This document shows positions 35,760 through 43,070 of a stretch of DNA of 43,070 nt, in pieces. Each line of letters starts with the position of its first letter. Position 1 is the first letter of the stretch. The notes under the pieces were generated by a model, which made no database searches, was not told the DNA's origin, and was given only the letters and a program-made list of their open reading frames with translations. Location of the stretch: the NCBI RefSeq assembly GCF_001194135.2, contig NC_068995.1:37593219-37636288 (forward strand). The letters are read 5' to 3'. The translations under genes were made by a program, and so were the position numbers. The stretch comes from Octopus bimaculoides (taxonomy: Eukaryota).

Positions 35760-37090
35760 AGACCTTGAAATCACTTGATTTCCCGTTCTGCACTCTGATT
35801 TGTTCTGGGAATTTCCACTTTTGATGGTTCTCGACTCCAAATGTTTTTTTTACACGTTTCGATGTTTTATGAACTTGTAGGCTGCCACATAAATTCTGAT
35901 AATCATGTGCATTGAACATTTGGTTAGTAAACCAAAAGTCTACCCAGCTGTAAGAGGTAAATCGACAAACATTGAGAAGCAAAGCACTTTTCTCTGATAG
36001 AAGAATAAATGCCAAATGAGCTAGTATTGCTCGAGAATTCTATCTTGCATTACTTAAGTTGGGTATTTTTTGAAACTTTACAGTTGGAAGTTTGCCGATT
36101 TCTTGAAAGAAACGAAAATCTCTGGTCAAGTGAAATAGAAATTTCATGTCATCCCGCCATCCTACTGATTCAGTTATCTTTTCTTCACCATTGTTGAAGT
36201 TAGCCTGGAGTTTCTCGTAATTATTTAAAAGTTCTGGGGTGAATGCATATTCAGTATTGGGAGGTGACATTTTTTATTCCAGTTCGTTATCTATTACAAC
36301 ACGAAAAACTCTATCAAGGATATGATACTGACAACCAATAAATTGTGGTTCTTTCAAGCTCTTTCGAGCAAACAGTCTTTGCACCTGAATGACAATGCCA
36401 TTTCTTTTCCCAGTGTTCACACTCGTTGTATCTGCGGCAATCATCTTTACACAGTTCCGTAAATTGAATTCATCTAAAACAGCTGTTATTCCTTTCACAA
36501 CAGTATCGGCGTTTCCGTTTGGTAATCGGAGTTCTTCTAACTTAACTGCTCTTTGTTCATTCTTTAAAACTAGCACTTGATAGTCTTGGTCATCAATACG
36601 TTTACCATCAAAATGCAATGACCATTTTTTCTAAATGTACTGTTTTCTACATTTTCGTTTTTAGTTTAATAGCTTATTTGATAGACGATCTGTAAATACC
36701 AGATTGGGAAGGAGTTTCGACATTGATTCCATCTTGAGATAATTGTTGACAAACTGTTGTCAATTTTTGGGTTGATAACTTGGAAAATATTACTAACGTG
36801 GTTGCAGTTCCAGTTTTGCTATTCTTTCTCCTTGTTTGTGTGGATTCTACGTCTGATTTTTCGAACTCTTGAAATTCACTTTCAGTCTCTGCTTCAGACG
36901 TTGACGATTACAAAGGAGTTCCTCTGGTTGAAGTTGGCATTAAGGACGCTTTTCTGCTTTTGGATGGATAGTTTTGGAACTGGCTGCCTTTCCAGTTGCA
37001 TAGTTAACTTGTCCCTTGCTTTCAATTTGAAAATAATTTAACCTTCTATTCTCACTGCACAGCCATTCACCGTTTTCGTTTGAGATGTCA
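35760..37090 (-). mobile_element. Decayed hAT-superfamily (hATm-like) transposase
   Basis: LHFDGK, IAADTTSVNTGKRNG, PQFIGCQYHILD (CxxH) and IPNLSNARWNSRAILA parallel the hATm-type motifs HWDGK, FDTT..NTG, ACRHH..E and HARW..AI. Multiple stops and frameshifts; subgroup name from recall. Confidence 0.7.
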
Positions 37091-37862
37091 ACAATTCCTT
37101 TCAATCAATCGTATTTTCCTCGTTTTACACATTTATCGTAGGTAATCAGCATTATTTCTACTTTCAAATGTTAAATATAGGAAATTTAATTTCTTTTGCC
37201 ATAAAAATTTCCTTTGTCCTTTCTTTCTTTCCTTTGATAGTACCCCCAAGGAAGAGGTAGCGACCGACAATTTGAAGTTTCATTCGTTTCCTGCAGTTGT
37301 TTTCATATTTGTATTATCTTCCCCTCGTATGACATTATTCCTTTACACATCTCCTTACACATCTTTCCTCGTAATTCATTTTGCATTTATTTAATTTTTA
37401 ATCCATGTGTAAGCATTTTAATCTGACTATAGATTCTATAAATATAATTACTTTTGTTTCCATGCATAAATTCAACTGATATCTAATTTAAAATTCCGAT
37501 ACATTTAAGTTCTTTAATTCATGCTTTAAAATAGAATATAAGATATATATGGATTGGATATCAAGTATGTTTGAAATTAACTATCTATGCCTAAATTTGA
37601 TCTTTTCACTGATTGTGTCAGAACCAATAAAATTTATTCCAGTCTATATTTCACTATATTTGTATCTCTTTCAATTTGCATTTGTTTACTATTGGTTTTC
37701 TCTAAATGTTCTGTCATTTTTAATGAGGTTAACGTTATCTCTCTGCAATCATTTTCTAATTTTTCCCTATTTCTTATAGTCTTCTATATATTAATTTTCT
37801 CTATATTGACTCACTATATTTATGGATAAGACATTAATTTAGGCATTTGATTTTGTCTAATA

Positions 37863-38153
37863 CAATGGTTCCCAAAGTGAGCAATACTACTTGCCTGGTG
37901 GCAGTGGAAAAAAATTCAGGGAGGTATTGGAGAAGAGTGGGGCAATAATGGGGTGGCGAAAAGTTGTTGATGGATGTCAAAATAACCAACCTAGTAGGTT
38001 AATTAAGTTAAATTTTATTTGCGAAATACTGTTGTATCGAATTTGCTGCAGAAAATGTTCTACGCTTGTGGCGGTGAATGGGGGAGAAGAGCACAAAAGA
38101 ATGCAGCCTTGGTGCCAAGCAGGTAGAAGTCCAAAACGCTTTGGGAACCACTG
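37863..38153. mobile_element. hAT MITE with perfect 8-bp target-site duplication
   Basis: TIRs CAATGGTTCCCAAAG / CTTTGGGAACCACTG; GTCTAATA at 37855-37862 and 38154-38161. Confidence 0.92.
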
Positions 38154-39653
38154 GTCTAATACTTCTAAACTAACATTTTATTCATGTTTAGCTTAGATGC
38201 TAGCCTCGTCAAGATATGTATGCCGGACAATATTCCATACTCTACATAATACAACCGATTCTATTGTTTCCGTTGTATCTTGATGGATTAACGCAGCAGT
38301 GGTTTTTTAAATTTTGGTGTCTGGTATAGTAAACATATGCCAATATTAGTAAGTAATAAAATGACGGAGCTAATATTTCACTTTAAGACACCTAACTTGA
38401 TAAACGTTCTTTTGTGAGATGGTATAATCCATTTAGTTTACTCTACGTTTAGCATGTTATGTAGTTCATACTACATGTAATTAAACTTACTCGTCTTAAC
38501 ACACCGATTTCCTGTTATGAATTCATTGTATGTTGTAGTTAGTATCCCCAAGGTTTTCACTGGCTAATTATAAACTGGACTACTCCAATATTGGGATGTA
38601 TTTACTTCAATTGATTTCATATACCCTTTTGAAATCAACACAAAGTCAAATCCTCATCTACTCATTTGATCTATGACATTATCAGAAAATTTCAGAGTTT
38701 ATATGTAACGCATGCATAAACTTATTCCTATTATACATCTATACATAACTATTTGTATGACGTTTACGACACAATAAAATCTCTTAATGAAACACTTGTA
38801 ATGATACCATAAGATCCAATCATCTGCTTTACTATTATTGTATCGTGTCACGATTAAAGTTCCGTATAACTGTGGATTCTTCTGGATTTGCGAAATTCCA
38901 AAATCCCTCTAAACATCCCTTCCTTGAAGTCTCCTTCGCTACTTGAATTGATTGTTTCATCTGTGAACATTTTTATAAACAAACTATCAGCCGGAGTTTG
39001 AGAGGAACAGGGTTCGATTCTATGTATTGACTTACTCGTCACCTTTTTTCCCCGATCTGCTAAGCTATTTTCACAGCTATTCTGCGTTGCAAATTTTCTT
39101 TATTTTCTGTAAAATTCTTTCATCTGTTGATTGTGTCATTCTGTCCAGCCATCATACGTGGTGTGTTTCTTATTTGATCTGCCTAGTAGTAATCGATAGA
39201 TCCTGATTTACGTACATACAAAATAAGACACAGACACACACGCACACCCGCACACAGATCACTATATACACCCGAGATGACTATATTACAACAATATAAG
39301 ACTGTGTAACTATATTATAATAATATATTAATGATATACGTATTTGTATTGATATATATATATATAGATTATATACAAATATGAATACAAATACATTTAT
39401 TATTAATAGAGTTGAATAAGCCTGAGAAGGTTTCTTGCATCGCCTGCCTGATTGAAATTCAATCGTCGTATTTGCAATAAAGCATTTAACTATTAATCAC
39501 AGCATCAAAGCTACATCACTCATTAATCGCCTCAATTAGCTCTTGCATTAAGTAGTCATAAAGATATGACACATACACTTACAAATGCATGCACATATAT
39601 ATATGTAAATATGCATCTATACACACACACACATAAATATGTATGCGTATGTT

Positions 39654-39685
<32 letters not shown>

Positions 39686-39754
39686 CGTGTGTGTATGCGT
39701 GTGTGTGTGTAAAAATAGAATTAAAACAGATATCTACATACATGCACAATGTTT

Positions 39755-39915
39755 TGAGCTGGCAGAACCATTAGTGCGTGAAACAAAATTCTTCGTAGCA
39801 TTTCTTCCAGCGCTTAACGTTTTGAGTTCAAATCACGTTAAGATGAAGTTTATGTCTCAAACCTTCGTGATACCAGTCCAGTTTTGGGGCCGATGTTATC
39901 GACATAAACACTCAC
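39755..39915 (+). mobile_element. Degenerate tRNA-SINE
   Basis: GAGCTGGCAGAACCATTAG head, GAGTTCAAATC B box, GGGGCCGATGTTATCGAC core end. Confidence 0.65.
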
Positions 39916-40419
39916 ATCATAATTACTAGCTTTGAACACTGCACTGGACTGTTGTCACTTTCAGGGTGTAATGTTGTGATTTCGGTCAAACAGAAACCGG
40001 GTTAATGGCCTTATGACTTATGGGTCTATAGTAAAGTTTGATTGAGAAATATGCTTATATAGTAAGTCGTGCTTTTACAAATATGTATACTTTCATATGT
40101 ATAGTTTCATAAACCTCTAGATACAGGTAGGAGTACGTGAATATATGCACACCTTCTTATACTACCGCCTACCACTATATAGATTCATATCAAAAATCGT
40201 ACGCGTCGATATTGACACAGATATGTGTCTGTATACCGCCCTGATACATGTGCGCTTATGAGAACATTTATGCAGCATGTGTATCTAGAGATCCATGTAG
40301 GGAATAACGATTCAACAAATCATGACAAGAAGCCAAATATCTCAGTCGTATTGCGTGGTCTTGTTTCAGGCGGCCGGTTAATATGACAATAATTTACTAT
40401 AAGGTTCTGATTTAGGAAC

Positions 40420-41140
40420 CACATGTCTTTCTGTTGATGCAACATCCTTGTGCAGCACCGTTCAGCTGCCTCAAGTTCCGTTATTAATTTGACACTATGA
40501 GGTAACAATAGTTGAGAACAGAAGTCCAGATACGTGACGAAAAATATCATCCATAGAACGACTTTAGTTTCGTGGTTTTTCACTCTGAAAGTTTTCAGAA
40601 TGCATGTGGCCATTCGCCTGAACATTGCCACCATCTCGGAGATATGTGTATCAAACGAGGCGCCGTTGTTCATATAAAGTCCCACGTTAATCACTGTGTT
40701 TGTCTCTAGGATTGCCACAAAATTTAGTACAAAATATCTTTTTGTTGGGCATGCTAATGCACGCTGTCTGATAGCAGCAGGCTTCGAATTACCATGCATA
40801 AAATTACGTATTATTCAACACATTTATATATAGCATCTAGATCTTCCTGTTGAAGATTAGCATCGACATGTTCCTTGAGTGCTTGTGCTACTTTTGTATC
40901 GTAGGCACTGATAGTGTGACCGTCTATGTAACTAATGGCATGGCCGAACCAGAACCCACAAACATCATCGACACCAAATAGTTCCCTCAGGCACTCCAGT
41001 CAGTATTAGTGTACGCTTGGAGAGTATCCCATTAATTAACTCACCTTTTCTTCCTGTAACCACTCTCACAGTTTTCCGACTTTGTCCATTCTCTGCAGTT
41101 TGTGACAGCACATCTGGTTATTGGTAGTTATTTCCAAATT
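40420..41140 (-). mobile_element. CR1-like LINE reverse transcriptase remnant
   Basis: INGILSKRTLILTGVPEGT (SGVPQG motif), AYDTKVAQ (YADD motif), LQQEDLDAIYK, GLYMNNGASFDTHI, ILKTFR, YLDFCSQLL.PHSVKLITELEAAER. Confidence 0.8.
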
Positions 41141-41636
41141 TCGAGGAGGGAGTGGGTAATTCAAACTATCACAGTTTGAAGGAATCTATTCCCAGTGAAA
41201 CTCGCAGTAAAATTATTGTGACAAATATTCTCATGCAGTAAAATTATTATTACAAAGATTCAGGTCTTTGCTGGTATTGAATCCTTTATTTAATCTTTGT
41301 TCCATATTCTTATGCATGTCCAAAGATTGGTTTTAACTCCCTCTACATCGTGCGAGATGCCTCTTAGGATACGCAATTTTCTTGAAACCCATTAAAAGGT
41401 TATTTATACTTTGTAATACCCCATAGCCTATAAAATGGTAGCTCGAGAAATTCAGTCATTGTCGCCATACGTGTGAAACACAGCGATTTAGACATTGTCA
41501 ACTTAATAAATGTTGTAAGATGTTTTGTACATAATGTTCGAGTGAAACTGCAAGATTCTGGTGGGAATGTTTCAACCCGTGTCAAAGCGATATAAACAAA
41601 TAATTTTAAACATTCGGACACTATAAGTACACTACA

Positions 41637-41884
41637 CCACTAAGCAGTTTGACCGGCGCACTAACAATTCTGCCAGCTCGCCACGTTCAACCCGTTCTAT
41701 ACTGGCTTCATATTTTGACACAAAACTCGCGGTTTCGTGTGAAGTGAGAGGTGAGTCGATTATATCAAACCCACTGTTCAACAGGTAGTTATTTTATCGG
41801 CCCAGAAATGTTGATAGAGAAAGGCGACACTGGCAGCATTTGAACTCAGTATTTAAAGTCGGAAGAAATACCGCTCAACATTTT
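41637..41884 (-). mobile_element. Two adjacent SINE fragments (head 41637-41695; body 41745-41884)
   Basis: GGCGAGCTGGCAGAATTGTTAGTGCGCCGG head; GAGTTCAAATGCTGCCAGTGTCGCC..GATAAAATAACTACC core. Confidence 0.65.
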
Positions 41885-42825
41885 ATTAGTTATAGAAATG
41901 TATATAACTCTGCTGGTATCATAGAAGAATAAATCATACTCGTTATAATTCATAAATTCATAAAATTTATAATTACTACATATGCATATACAGGAATGTA
42001 TTCCTATGTCTTTCGATGGCATGGTTATAATTTCGTCGTATCACCGGACACTAGATCGCTTTTAATGTCTGATATCTTGTGGTTTCCTGATCTATTAAAG
42101 TACAACATATTTGACTAAATTCAAATTTAATAAAATTGAGATTCATTGATTGAGAATGTTCCTTTGAAATCCTTCACTCAGATATAATATTTATAATATT
42201 TCTCTCACTTCAAATATTTATTTTTCTAAAAGTGATAGATTCTTATTTTTTATTACTTGAATATTTATCCACCAAAAATTTCCAGCTGATTCATTTTTCA
42301 CTTTGCTTTACCTTTAAACGCATCTTTAACACACATATATACATATCCTCACATACATGTAGACATACAAAACATACATGCATATAAAAATACATATTGG
42401 CTGATACGTACATATATACATGCATGCATACATACATGCATACATAAAAACATGCATATTCTACGATAAAAATCATTGAATGTTATTTCTATTAAAGAGA
42501 AAAATATTTTAAGTAGCCATTAATGGATTTTTATAGATCTATTCTCTGTTTATCGTTTTTAAAACTTGAATAAATTTACTTTTTTCTTCAGATATATTAC
42601 AAGGGTGTGACATGTAGGAACGAAACCAACATTATGGACATCTGATTCACACTTTCAGTCAAGGTTTCAAAGCTGCCAACATCTCTCGAGACATTTATGC
42701 TATGTAGTGGGAAGATGGTTTTCCTACTCTGCATGGAAATGTTTTTCACTTGGCTAGGGGTGGAAATTCGACAACATAGAATTTATTCTTGTTATTTTTG
42801 AGTTGTTATTTATGCAGCTCATGTA

Positions 42826-43037
42826 TTGTTCGTGCCGATTTTTAAAGGAAAGAAAAAGGCCAATAAATGCTTGACATTATATTTCTAATGAACCAAATAT
42901 GAACCATTGTTTTGCACAATGCGTCTCCGTCTTTCCTTTTACTTGAAAATACCCTCTTACCAGAATTGAGGTGGTTTCATGGCAAATAAGTCGAAAGGTA
43001 AGCTACAATAAATTGTCACGAACTTTCCGGACAACCC

Positions 43038-43040
<3 letters not shown>
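42826..43040 (-). mobile_element. Mariner-derived MITE
   Basis: Right TIR revcomp ATGGGTTGTCCGGAAAGTTCGTGACAATT; left end TATTG..TTCGTGCCGATTTT (partly deleted). Interior on minus encodes PQFW*EGIFK..RRRIVQNNGSY, a mariner C-terminus. Confidence 0.7.

Positions 43041-43070
<30 letters not shown>

Noticed and set aside
41520-41620. YIALTRV resembling a PIF1/Helitron helicase C-terminal motif
   Set aside because: Single short motif with no other helicase motifs nearby.

Overview
AT-rich eukaryotic (animal) DNA, dense in microsatellites, with seven N-gaps, most flanked by (TA)n or (AG)n tracts. The SINE and LINE families look like Octopus repeats (inference from recall, not a database hit). I found no host-gene exon I can support, so this reads as intergenic or deep-intronic TE graveyard. 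Most ORFs in the supplied track are microsatellite or gap artefacts. Recognisable elements: Penelope-like (PLE) fragments (GIY-YIG C-terminus at 1251-1760; a probable N-terminus at 3722-4385), an internally deleted RTE/BovB-like LINE ending in three C2H2 fingers, two CR1-like RT remnants, a full-length decayed mariner with TIRs and TA flanks, Tc1, DD37D, hAT and hATm-like remnants, MITEs, about a dozen tRNA-derived SINE copies, and four long foldback palindromes. The most interesting signal is RNA structure. A two-copy ~270 bp element joins a tRNA-like Pol III head to a minimal type I hammerhead ribozyme with a palindromic, loop-less stem III. One copy (15601-15880) has an intact catalytic core; the other sits 38 bp downstream of a Penelope GIY-YIG stop codon. 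Further hammerhead-like motifs from unrelated families occur at 4555, 12485 and 26261, with a very decayed one at 22961; the last two sit at the centres of long foldbacks.
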